From a virus, in UHGV virus genome UHGV-0369329: 23,752 nt of DNA. One strand, written 5' to 3'. Under the pieces are notes generated by a model. That model saw nothing but the letters and a program-made list of their open reading frames with translations, had not been told where the DNA came from and did not search any database. The first letter of the stretch is position 1. Each line of letters starts with the position of its first letter. The position numbers and the translations under genes were made by a program. Positions 15,886 through 23,752 of the stretch are shown piece by piece.

Positions 15886-16779
15886 TTATTTTTTTGCCTT
15901 TTTAGCGGCGAAATACGGCGTCCAGTCACCAGTTTCCAGCGCCTTGGCTTTCAATTTGTCGAGGTTGTTGATTACTGCGCCGTTGCTCCCCTTAACTGTC
16001 GGGGTTGTGGCTGCCGTGGTTTTTGCTTTTGGCATGATTCTGGCCTTCGATTCGATACGTTCCAGCAGACGACCAATTGCTACGGGGTTGGTAGCTTCTG
16101 CCAGTTGCTTGCGCAGTTCAGCGTTGCGACCGAGCGCCAGAACAACGATTTCCGGCTTCTCTGACTCAAGAAGGATCATGTCCTGAATGTGAACAGGAAC
16201 ATCTTCGCGTACAGCCTGCTCTGCATCCTGGTAACCAGCCACTTTCAGTGCTTTTACTCTATGCATGTAATTGGCTGCTTTCTGCTGAAGCGTTGCGGTA
16301 CGCGCCTCTTCCTCTCGTTTCCGCTCTCGTACTTGCTCCTGGTACTTGCCGTTATCCTCTGCCCACTTAGCCATGCGTTGCTGGTAGATTTCTTCATCGA
16401 AACCGATGTCCTCATCGTCCAGTTTTGGCATTCGCGGTGGTTGAGTGATTACCGGCTGCTGCTCGACGGGTTTCTGAGACTGACGCATCAGCTCTTTCAG
16501 CTCGCGGTCTTTCTCTTTAATCGTCTTGCGCAGGTGTTTTACCAGTCCATGCTCAGCTCCATCTTCGCTGGTTGGCGAATCCAGCTTTTCTTCACCAAAG
16601 TAGAATTCCTGTTCTGATTCGTCGTCATCAGTTTCAGTAGCTTCCTCTGCATCATTGCCGGAGGACTCACTGCCATCTTCTGTTTCGACTTCTTCAGCCA
16701 GTTCGACATCATCAGGAATCTGCTCTGACGCGTCGGTTTCGATTTCAACTTCTGGTGTGTTTTCTGCCATCTGGTCCAT
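15886..16779 (-). CDS. Scaffolding protein, P22 gp8-type, 297 aa
   Basis: Position between portal and coat; highly acidic N-terminus, charged helical body, basic C-terminal helix-turn-helix-like tail (LDKLKAKALETGDWTPYFAAKKAKK). Confidence 0.75.
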   Translation of the reverse strand: MDQMAENTPEVEIETDASEQIPDDVELAEEVETEDGSESSGNDAEEATETDDDESEQEFYFGEEKLDSPTSEDGAEHGLVKHLRKTIKEKDRELKELMRQSQKPVEQQPVITQPPRMPKLDDEDIGFDEEIYQQRMAKWAEDNGKYQEQVRERKREEEARTATLQQKAANYMHRVKALKVAGYQDAEQAVREDVPVHIQDMILLESEKPEIVVLALGRNAELRKQLAEATNPVAIGRLLERIESKARIMPKAKTTAATTPTVKGSNGAVINNLDKLKAKALETGDWTPYFAAKKAKK

Positions 16780-16869
16780 TTGTTACCCCTGTTTACTCGA
16801 TGTTCAGCCCATCGGAAGGCAATAGGGTGCCAGGCCTCATAAAGACAGCCATTGCACGTTATGGGTTAA

Positions 16870-19068
16870 TTACTGCTGTGGTTGTTGCCGGGTTGATTTT
16901 TGCAGGATGCTGCTGATGTCCATGCGCTGCGCATGGCCCTGTGCCTGACTTTTCAGGACAAGCTCTGCATCAGCACGGGCATTGTCTCCTTGCTGTTGCT
17001 GGAACTGTCCGAGCAGTTTCAGAGCCTCGCGGATATCAGATTTCTGCTGGCTATCGGCAGATGCGAGTATTTTCACAACATTTGCCGCTGCAACCTGAGC
17101 ATCAGTCTGTGCCTGGAATGCTTTAACCTGAATGGCTGCCTGTTCGTTCTGCGCTTTCTGCAATTCAGCCTGACCAGCCAGAAGCTGACCTTGCGCTGCA
17201 ACCATAGCCGGATCCGGCTGACTGGCCTGTTGTTGTTTCGCCTGCTCAACCATCTGCTGTTCTTCAGGCGTTCTCGGCTTGATAACGCCAGACAGAAGCA
17301 ACTGATTGCGGTTGTATTCTTTCAGGTCGTCCATCCCTTCGCCGTCCATATTGTCGAGAATCATCGACGATACAAGGTCGTGCTTCGGCGTTCCTGGTGG
17401 GATAAGTGCCAGCATGGAAAGTAACGACTTAACCGTTGCATCACGGCGAGTAGCGAACGACTGACCGACATCGACAGTCACTTCATAGTTACCCTGCGAA
17501 AGGTCGTTAAGCGCGATAACCTGCCCTGTCTGACGGTCAACCACTTCACCAGTCATCAGCGCCACGTCATCGCTGCCGTCCTCATTAACGATACGCATCG
17601 GCGTATCGCTGCCATAGACTTCACGCGCCATAGAAAGCCACACAACGCCAGCGCGACGCATGGATTTAGCCATGTTGTCCATGTAGATATAGGACTGCGT
17701 ATCCATCCGGTTAAAGATGCTATCAACGGTATCGGTAGCGACGTTGCTCGGCATGTTCTCAAGCTGCGACGCACCTGTAATTTGCTGAATAGCCGTTCCG
17801 GTGTACTGCAATAGCCCGGCAAGAGCTGGCGGCATTTGTGTCGGAGGTGTATAACTGCTGACCTGAGCCTGCGCAGTAATATCTCCGTTTTTGTTTTTCA
17901 GACTGACCATCGGCAGGAACGCCGGGCGCTTTTTGTTGCGCTCCGCCCAATGAGTGGCGAGAGGACCAGGAATCATGTCAACATCAACTACAGGAATACC
18001 ATCACCGCCAGCCTGAGTGGCGTTATCTGCAATCATGGAAACCATCAGGTTCTCAAGACGCTGTGCATCCATCGCTTTTGCTGCGTGGCCTTCGATTCGC
18101 TCCTGATTATCAACAAATGAACGACGCCCATATACCGGGATGAGAGGAATATGTTCGCCCGGAATACGCTTCGGTTCTTCCAGCCATTCAGCGCCAGACA
18201 GAAGACCGCAATAAACTCGGCGTTTCTTCACTGTCCGCTCACCAATCAGTTCGAATGCACCATCGGTTAGCTCGTCGACAATATCTTTGATTTGCTCTTC
18301 ATCATAGATTGCCGTTTCTCCGCTAACAGGGTTGCGCCATGCCGTGAGCTTCACCTTCTCTATGCGAACTTCGTAGTAGCGACCAACATAGATGGCATCT
18401 GGCGTTGACCAGTCATATTGAGTGCCAGTGTCATCACGAGAAAGGCTTGCCGCGATGGAATCAGGGTATTCAGCCTCGAACGCTTTAGGCGTCATGGAGA
18501 ACATTTCCATAGCCCACATAGCATCAGAGCGGTCATATTGCTTGCTGTCCTGATCGAAGAAGACGCATGTCGCTGGGTCGTAAACAGGAAGAAGGCTGAT
18601 GCGTCGCTGCTCGTTACTTGGGTCCATTTCATCTTCGTAATCGGCACACATGCGGAAACAACCGAATCCGCCCGTTACAGCATCATCAAATGCGTTATCA
18701 CACGCTTCGCCACCTGATGTTTCCTGATAGTCAGCGCGGAATTTGCCGTTCATCTTTTCGGCTAACGCTTCCGATGCCTTGTCATCCTTCGGCCTGAATT
18801 TAACGCTGATGCGATTCTGTCGATACTCGCCAATGATGCGATCACATTCACGGGCAATCTTATTCAGCTCAAAGCGCGGGTAATGCTCAAACCTGCCTTC
18901 ATCAAATGAGTAACCAGCGTTTGTGCTTCCTTCCCACTGTGCGCCGGACACCCGGACGAAACGTTGAGCTTCAATAATCTGCTCACGCATATCCTGCGTT
19001 GCTGACCAGGCGTTATCAAAGTTGCACAGCACCTTGCGATGCCAGTCAGTCATCTTTTTTTCTGCCAT
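16870..19068 (-). CDS. Portal protein, P22 gp1-type, 732 aa with long C-terminal helical barrel
   Basis: C-terminal region TPEEQQMVEQAKQQQASQPDPAMVAAQGQLLAGQAELQKAQNEQ...ARADAELVLKSQAQGHAQRMDISSILQ matches the P22 portal barrel region as I recall it; size matches. Confidence 0.9.
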   Translation of the reverse strand: MAEKKMTDWHRKVLCNFDNAWSATQDMREQIIEAQRFVRVSGAQWEGSTNAGYSFDEGRFEHYPRFELNKIARECDRIIGEYRQNRISVKFRPKDDKASEALAEKMNGKFRADYQETSGGEACDNAFDDAVTGGFGCFRMCADYEDEMDPSNEQRRISLLPVYDPATCVFFDQDSKQYDRSDAMWAMEMFSMTPKAFEAEYPDSIAASLSRDDTGTQYDWSTPDAIYVGRYYEVRIEKVKLTAWRNPVSGETAIYDEEQIKDIVDELTDGAFELIGERTVKKRRVYCGLLSGAEWLEEPKRIPGEHIPLIPVYGRRSFVDNQERIEGHAAKAMDAQRLENLMVSMIADNATQAGGDGIPVVDVDMIPGPLATHWAERNKKRPAFLPMVSLKNKNGDITAQAQVSSYTPPTQMPPALAGLLQYTGTAIQQITGASQLENMPSNVATDTVDSIFNRMDTQSYIYMDNMAKSMRRAGVVWLSMAREVYGSDTPMRIVNEDGSDDVALMTGEVVDRQTGQVIALNDLSQGNYEVTVDVGQSFATRRDATVKSLLSMLALIPPGTPKHDLVSSMILDNMDGEGMDDLKEYNRNQLLLSGVIKPRTPEEQQMVEQAKQQQASQPDPAMVAAQGQLLAGQAELQKAQNEQAAIQVKAFQAQTDAQVAAANVVKILASADSQQKSDIREALKLLGQFQQQQGDNARADAELVLKSQAQGHAQRMDISSILQKSTRQQPQQ

Positions 19069-19069
19069 A

Positions 19070-20485
19070 TCAACCTACACCACAAGGAATTGAGTAACTG
19101 GAATAGTCGGGTTGCGCAGCCGACTCCGGGCAATGCATACACATCATCAGCGCATCAGCCAGGTTAGGAGATGGAATACCGAGCTTCTGCTTCATTTCGA
19201 CTTTAGTCATTAGCTCCAGCTTCCCGTTGTTATTGAATTTGCGCTGAATCTGCGTCAGTTCTGCAAACAGCTTCTCCAGCATCTTCTCGCCTATTGCTTC
19301 TTTGTCGAAACTCAGCATGTCGTCGGGGTCTGCATACTCACCGTGGACAACCGCCCGATATGTCAGATACAGCCTGTCAGCCAGCGCGTAATAGAATTGC
19401 GCTCGCTTATTGCGGAACACATCGCCAATAGTGCGAACGTTGTCACCCTGTACGACTTCATCAGCCCATGCTCCGGCCTGATACGGAGCATCTTCATCAA
19501 ATGGCGATTCGCTGCCCTTGAACATCGTGGCGGTAATTTTCTTGCCGGAGAATGCCTCCGTTGTCTGTCTGCGTAGCCCTGCACCGACACCATCGCCATC
19601 CCACAGGTAATGGTCAGCGCCGTCTTCAATAGCCAGCGAAGTTGCCCAGTCAGCACCTTCATTGATGTCCATCAGCAGGCCTTCGGCAATGCGCTTAACT
19701 ACCGAACCGTGACGCGATGCATAACCTTTAGCATCTGGCCCTGTATCTGACGGGTCATGTGCAGAAACAACCGCGCCTTTCGCTTTCCATCCGAGTTTCT
19801 TGTGCGCATCGGTTGCGGCTTCAAGCCATTCACGTTTGATGATTGCCATATCACTTGCGCTTACTGGCTCACCAAGCCAGATGTGACGATACAGTGTCGG
19901 ATTTCTGCGTTTACACTCTTCCATCTCCAGACGGAGGACTTCAGGAAAGTGCGGGTTGTCGGTGTAGTTCACCGTCAGCAGGCAAATATCATCGGGAGGA
20001 TTTACAACGAATCGCTGATAGGTATCGTCGAGGATGTTCTTAGGGTTGAAACTCACCCATATTTCGGAAAACGGCTTGCGGATGGTTGGTATCAGGATAT
20101 CCCATGATTCCTTCGTTACCGCTTCCGCTTCCTCCACCCAGCAGATATCAATACCTTCGAGCGATTTAATCTTCGTCGGGTTGTTTTTGATGCCGTAGAA
20201 CATGAACTCAGCATTAGTTCCGAGATGACGAATCATTGAACGCTGAATTTCAAACTCAGCCGAATACCCTTCCCGCTCGATGGTGTCTTCAAGCAACCGG
20301 ATTACCGAATCGCTGATGCTGTTTTGCAGTTCACGAGCGCAGAGAATACGCACAGGCTGCCGACGCGCCGCCTCAACAAGCAGCCTCGCAATTGCCCATG
20401 ATTTACCGCTACCTCGACCGCCTTTGGCGACTTTGTAGCGATGCGCCTCAATGAACGGTTCAAAGATAGGATTAATCGAGGTCAT
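19070..20485 (-). CDS. Terminase large subunit, 471 aa
   Basis: Walker A motif KGGRGSGKS near the N-terminus, size and position between TerS and portal; overlaps the TerS stop. Confidence 0.9.
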   Translation of the reverse strand: MTSINPIFEPFIEAHRYKVAKGGRGSGKSWAIARLLVEAARRQPVRILCARELQNSISDSVIRLLEDTIEREGYSAEFEIQRSMIRHLGTNAEFMFYGIKNNPTKIKSLEGIDICWVEEAEAVTKESWDILIPTIRKPFSEIWVSFNPKNILDDTYQRFVVNPPDDICLLTVNYTDNPHFPEVLRLEMEECKRRNPTLYRHIWLGEPVSASDMAIIKREWLEAATDAHKKLGWKAKGAVVSAHDPSDTGPDAKGYASRHGSVVKRIAEGLLMDINEGADWATSLAIEDGADHYLWDGDGVGAGLRRQTTEAFSGKKITATMFKGSESPFDEDAPYQAGAWADEVVQGDNVRTIGDVFRNKRAQFYYALADRLYLTYRAVVHGEYADPDDMLSFDKEAIGEKMLEKLFAELTQIQRKFNNNGKLELMTKVEMKQKLGIPSPNLADALMMCMHCPESAAQPDYSSYSIPCGVG

Positions 20486-20922
20486 TTTCCGAATAGAGTG
20501 CTCATCGGTGATGTTTCAATCTGAATTGCGCCGCCGTCTTTGCCTGTTAGCTCGTGATCAACCTTGTCGCGCCATTTATCCTTCTGTCGGTTCTTAAGCC
20601 AGAAGATGGCGGCGGTTGTATCAGGCGGGTAATACTTCTCAAGCGGAGTTTCGACAATTCTGTTTTCAATAACACGAATATCGATATCTGGAGCCACGAA
20701 GCCCATAGCGCGTTGATAAAGACGATCACTAACTTCTGCATCAGCGACGGCCTTACCCTTTTTTATGGACTCCGAAAACTTAGGATAATCAAGCTTCCAC
20801 TTGTTAATAGTTGACTCACTGACTTCAAAGAAATCAGCAAGTTCTGCATCGGTGTAGCCCAGCAAGCACAGTTTGCGTGCCTGTTCGGCATACGCCTCTT
20901 GATACTTTGTTGGGCGCGCCAT
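20482..20922 (-). CDS. Terminase small subunit, 146 aa
   Basis: Immediately upstream of and overlapping TerL; N-terminal HTH-like segment. C-terminus GKDGGAIQIETSPMSTLFGK resembles the Sf6 small terminase tail as I recall it. GGAG RBS. Confidence 0.8.
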   Translation of the reverse strand: MARPTKYQEAYAEQARKLCLLGYTDAELADFFEVSESTINKWKLDYPKFSESIKKGKAVADAEVSDRLYQRAMGFVAPDIDIRVIENRIVETPLEKYYPPDTTAAIFWLKNRQKDKWRDKVDHELTGKDGGAIQIETSPMSTLFGK

Positions 20923-20924
20923 GT

Positions 20925-21167
20925 TTATGCTCCGGTGGTGAACAGGTCTAACGCTTCCTTCGATTTACGCACCGCTTCAAATGTGCGGATCGTGATATCT
21001 GAATTAGCGCCGCCTGACTGGAAGTGAATTTTGAATAGCTCAAGCTTCAGCTCGTCAGTACCAATGAATTGAAATGCTTCTTCTGCGGCTGCGTTCTGGT
21101 TCATGACCAGTTTGTAAATCTCTAGCTGGAATTTCTGTTCTTCAGTCATGGGAATAATCTCTGCCAT
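20925..21167 (-). CDS. Small hypothetical late protein, 80 aa
   Basis: ATG at 21167 with a GGAG RBS at 6-nt spacing; stop 3 nt before the TerS ATG. An 80-codon ORF of unknown function occupies this slot in P22, as far as I recall. Confidence 0.55.
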   Translation of the reverse strand: MAEIIPMTEEQKFQLEIYKLVMNQNAAAEEAFQFIGTDELKLELFKIHFQSGGANSDITIRTFEAVRKSKEALDLFTTGA

Positions 21168-21470
21168 TGTTGGCTCCGTTTATCCGTTAAAAGGGATATC
21201 AGTTAAGTTATCCCGTGTGGGGTATAAGCCATTGTCGAGACCACTCATTGAATGGTCTCTGCAATAACCGATGTCTTTCCATCAGTCCGCCACCACAAAG
21301 AATCTTTTTTGCCATAAGGCAGGAGGTTCATCTTTCAGTGGCTGCCAGTGTTATTTCCCCACTTTCTGGCTTGGGTTGTTTCGCGGTACTGCCGTTAATT
21401 AGTGACCAGAAATTAACTCCGGTTTCATTATCAAGCCCACCCGTAGATAGGCTTTGTAATGCCTACATGG

Positions 21471-21950
21471 TTAAATGATTTGCCAGTCTTCAGCCATCAG
21501 GTCGCCAATGGATGGAACCCATGTAGCAAGGCGGTTCTGTGAGTTTTTCAATACAAGCGTGTCATTGAAAGTTGGCTCGCCAACATATTCGCCAAAGCCA
21601 TAACCCAACGCAGACGCTAATTTTCCCCCTTTCACGAGATAAACAAACTGGTCTTTCCCATTCCATCCTGCCCGCTGCAAACTTTTGCCCTGTTTTAACG
21701 CTTCCATGGCAAGGCCGAAACTTAGCCCTGATACCGGACGATAAGCCTTTTCGAATACTTCTTTTGGACTCCAGCTAACGTAGCCATCAAAGCGATCGGT
21801 GTTAGGTTTTCCGCCATCCAGATATTCAACCAGATAGCCTTCGTCCTCGCCGTTTTCTCCGGCAGGAAGCTGCCAGCCACGAAAATCGTTATATGCCTGT
21901 CTCGTCATCGGAAAGGCGTTAATCAGTTTTACGCCAATATGCTGGGTCAT
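21471..21950 (-). CDS. Hypothetical late protein with DUF2829/Tad2-like C-terminal half (candidate signalling-nucleotide sponge)
   Basis: The track ORF 21471..22073 begins at a TTG without an RBS. The first ATG is at 21950 (MTQHIGVKL...), another at 21908. C-terminal FGLAMEALKQGKSLQRAGWNGK...TWVPSIGDLMAEDWQII resembles the DUF2829 pattern as I remember it. Start position is uncertain. Confidence 0.5.
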   Translation of the reverse strand: MTQHIGVKLINAFPMTRQAYNDFRGWQLPAGENGEDEGYLVEYLDGGKPNTDRFDGYVSWSPKEVFEKAYRPVSGLSFGLAMEALKQGKSLQRAGWNGKDQFVYLVKGGKLASALGYGFGEYVGEPTFNDTLVLKNSQNRLATWVPSIGDLMAEDWQII

Positions 21951-22172
21951 AAAATTACCTATGCAGTTGGGAATAAAAAGCCCCGCAAATGCGAGGCTAA
22001 ATCCTGGTATTTGTAATGAACTGGCTCTTATCTCAACGCAGCCCCTTACCGCGCGCCATATGCTCAATATCAAGCATCAGCAATGAGATGTTTAATCTGG
22101 ATTTACTCCAGAAGTGACCACCACCCTGTCTACAGAGCCAGATGTGAAGGATGATGAGTAAAATTATCGCTA

Positions 22173-22610
22173 TCATCGAAGGCATTGCGTCCTGATGTAT
22201 TCCTGCAGGTAGTTAACCTGCGCGGTTATCTTGTCAATTCCACTTCGGAGACGGTAATAATTGAGTTCAGCATCTGCTGTAAGTCCTGGGCTTTCTCCAT
22301 CGCCCATGCTGCTGGCTCCGGTCGTTGACTTTGCACAGGTGGCGGCGACTTGCAGGCGCTTACGCCCAGCAGAAACATCAGCACGTAGACTTTCGATAGT
22401 CGCGTTAGCATCAGCAAGTTCCTTTGTATATCTGGCATCGAGTTCAGCTACATCACGTTGACGCTTCTGCATATCAGCGATAGTGGATGCGGCTTTGTCG
22501 CGCTGCTCTTTGTAGGTCATGGCGTTATCACGGTAATGATTAACCACCCATGACAGACATACGATGATGCAGATAACCAGAGCGGAGATAATCGCGGTGA
22601 CTCTGCTCAT
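22173..22610 (-). CDS. Rz: Spanin Rz (i-spanin), lambda Rz-like, 145 aa
   Basis: [21 protein letters not shown](V)VNHYRDNA... matches the lambda Rz N-terminus; ATGA overlap with the R stop. Confidence 0.9.
   Translation of the reverse strand: MSRVTAIISALVICIIVCLSWVVNHYRDNAMTYKEQRDKAASTIADMQKRQRDVAELDARYTKELADANATIESLRADVSAGRKRLQVAATCAKSTTGASSMGDGESPGLTADAELNYYRLRSGIDKITAQVNYLQEYIRTQCLR
22226..22411 (-). CDS. Rz1: Spanin Rz1 (o-spanin lipoprotein) embedded in the +1 frame of Rz, 61 aa
   Basis: Embedded ORF with signal peptide and lipobox ([20 protein letters not shown]), proline-rich mature part. The ATG at 22411 has an AAAGGAA RBS; an alternative ATG at 22438 lacks one. Confidence 0.75.
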   Translation of the reverse strand: MLTRLSKVYVLMFLLGVSACKSPPPVQSQRPEPAAWAMEKAQDLQQMLNSIITVSEVELTR

Positions 22611-23083
22611 ACCTCAATCTCTCTGACCGTTCCGCCTGCTTCTTTGAATTTTGCAATCAGGTTGTCAACCTTATGCTCGAACTGACCATAACCAGCGCCC
22701 GGAAGTGAAGCCCAGATATTGCTGCAACGGTCGATTGCCTGACGGATATCACCGCGATCAATCATCGGTAAAGCGCCGCGCTCTTTAATCTGCTGCAGTG
22801 CAACAGCGTCCTGGCTTTTGGGAGAGAAGTCTTTCAGGCCAAGCTGCTTACGGTAAGCATCCCACCAACGGGAAAGAAGCTGGTAACGTCCGGCTGCTGT
22901 TGATTTGAGTTTTGGGTTTAGCGTGACAAGTTTGCGAGGGTGATCGGAGTAATCAGTGAATAGCTCTCCGCCAACAATGACGTCATAACCATGATTTCTT
23001 GTTTTTTGACGTCCGTTATCAGTTCCCTCTGACCACGCCAGCATATCGAGGAACGCCTTACGTTGATTATTGATTTCCACCAT
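22607..23083 (-). CDS. R: Endolysin, lambda R-type lytic transglycosylase, 158 aa
   Basis: [99 protein letters not shown] is essentially the lambda R sequence as I recall it. Confidence 0.95.
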   Translation of the reverse strand: MVEINNQRKAFLDMLAWSEGTDNGRQKTRNHGYDVIVGGELFTDYSDHPRKLVTLNPKLKSTAAGRYQLLSRWWDAYRKQLGLKDFSPKSQDAVALQQIKERGALPMIDRGDIRQAIDRCSNIWASLPGAGYGQFEHKVDNLIAKFKEAGGTVREIEV

Positions 23084-23390
23084 CTTCTACTCCGGCTTTT
23101 TTAGCAGCGAAGCGTTTGATAAGCGAACCAATCGAGTCAGTACCGATGTAGCCGATGAACACGCTCGTTATATAAGCGAGATTGCTACTTAGTCCGGCGA
23201 AGTCGAGAAGGTCACGAATGAACCAGGCGATAATGGCGCACATCGTTGCGTCGATTACTGTTTTTGTAAACGCACCGCCATTATATCTGCCGCGAAGGTA
23301 CGCCATTGCAAACGCAAGGATTGCCCCGATGCCTTGTTCCTTTGCCGCGAGAATGGCGGCTAACAGGTCATGTTTTTCTGGCATCTTCAT
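23067..23390 (-). CDS. S: Holin, lambda S-type with dual-start motif (S107/S105), 107 aa
   Basis: [107 protein letters not shown] is near-identical to lambda S. ATGs at 23390 and 23384 give the Met1-Lys2-Met3 dual start. Confidence 0.95.
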   Translation of the reverse strand: MKMPEKHDLLAAILAAKEQGIGAILAFAMAYLRGRYNGGAFTKTVIDATMCAIIAWFIRDLLDFAGLSSNLAYITSVFIGYIGTDSIGSLIKRFAAKKAGVEDGGNQ

Positions 23391-23505
23391 GTCTTACCCC
23401 CAATAAGGGGATTTGCTCTATTTAATTAGGAATAAGGTCGATTACTGATAGAACAAATCCAGGCTACTGTGTTTAGTAATCAGATTTGTTCGTGACCGAT
23501 ATGCA

Positions 23506-23752
<247 letters not shown>

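Noticed and set aside
14798-20107. Many 60-175-aa antisense ORFs inside coat, scaffold, portal and terminase genes (for example 14798..15235, 15833..16186, 16900..17424, 19757..20107)
   Set aside because: All lie opposite long, homology-supported structural genes, lack RBSs, and have low-complexity translations. Treated as frame noise.
21215-21478. 87-aa plus-strand ORF in the late-operon gap, possibly a bor-like lipoprotein
   Set aside because: An AGGAGG occurs on the plus strand but at 11 nt from the nearest GTG; the translation has no signal peptide or lipobox and is mostly low-complexity. Left as non-coding with a caveat.
21951-22073. TTG-initiated N-terminal extension of the DUF2829-like ORF (the listed 200-aa ORF)
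   Set aside because: Codon 1 is TTG with no Shine-Dalgarno and the first 41 residues are W/C-rich and not protein-like. Internal ATG starts at 21950 or 21908 are preferred, though the true start remains uncertain.
23182-23406. 74-aa plus-strand ORF overlapping the holin
   Set aside because: Antisense to a near-perfect lambda S homologue; no RBS.

Overview
This window is the left ~23.7 kb of a mosaic P22/Sf6-like lambdoid prophage integrated at tRNA-Arg(CCU) (argW-type), read from the att/tRNA end into the late-operon leader. Order from coordinate 1: tRNA-Arg (+), a P4-family tyrosine integrase (IntS-like, +), then convergently on the minus strand a tailspike, an immI-like regulatory module (two Mnt-like and one Arc-like ribbon-helix-helix genes, two antirepressor-type genes), an accessory locus in the sieA slot, and a complete P22-type virion module (gp16, gp20, gp7, gp14, gp26 needle, gp10, gp4, coat, scaffold, portal, TerL, TerS). 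Further right are two small late-operon genes and a lambda-type lysis cassette (S, R, Rz/Rz1) with a lambda-like late leader. All calls come from reading the sequence and remembered protein families; no database search was run. The most interesting signals are: (1) two paralogous candidate sar-like antisense RNAs of about 75 nt, each with an extended -10 promoter and an intrinsic terminator, opposite the ribosome-binding sites of the two antirepressor genes; (2) an unlisted 55-aa Arc-like ORF and a compact divergent promoter region with twin CCCCAC-N-GTGGGG palindromes; (3) an accessory island between gp16 and mnt holding a 322-aa HTH-containing protein of unknown function, a strongly translated 62-aa two-helix membrane protein on the opposite strand, and four copies of a TGCTTGCATTA motif; (4) a late-operon protein whose C-terminal half resembles the DUF2829/Tad2 anti-defence sponge family as I remember it; (5) a chimeric tailspike with a P22 gp9-type head-binding domain joined to an AT-rich, glycine-rich fibre with a C-terminal self-cleaving chaperone domain; (6) no serotype-conversion cargo between int and tailspike.
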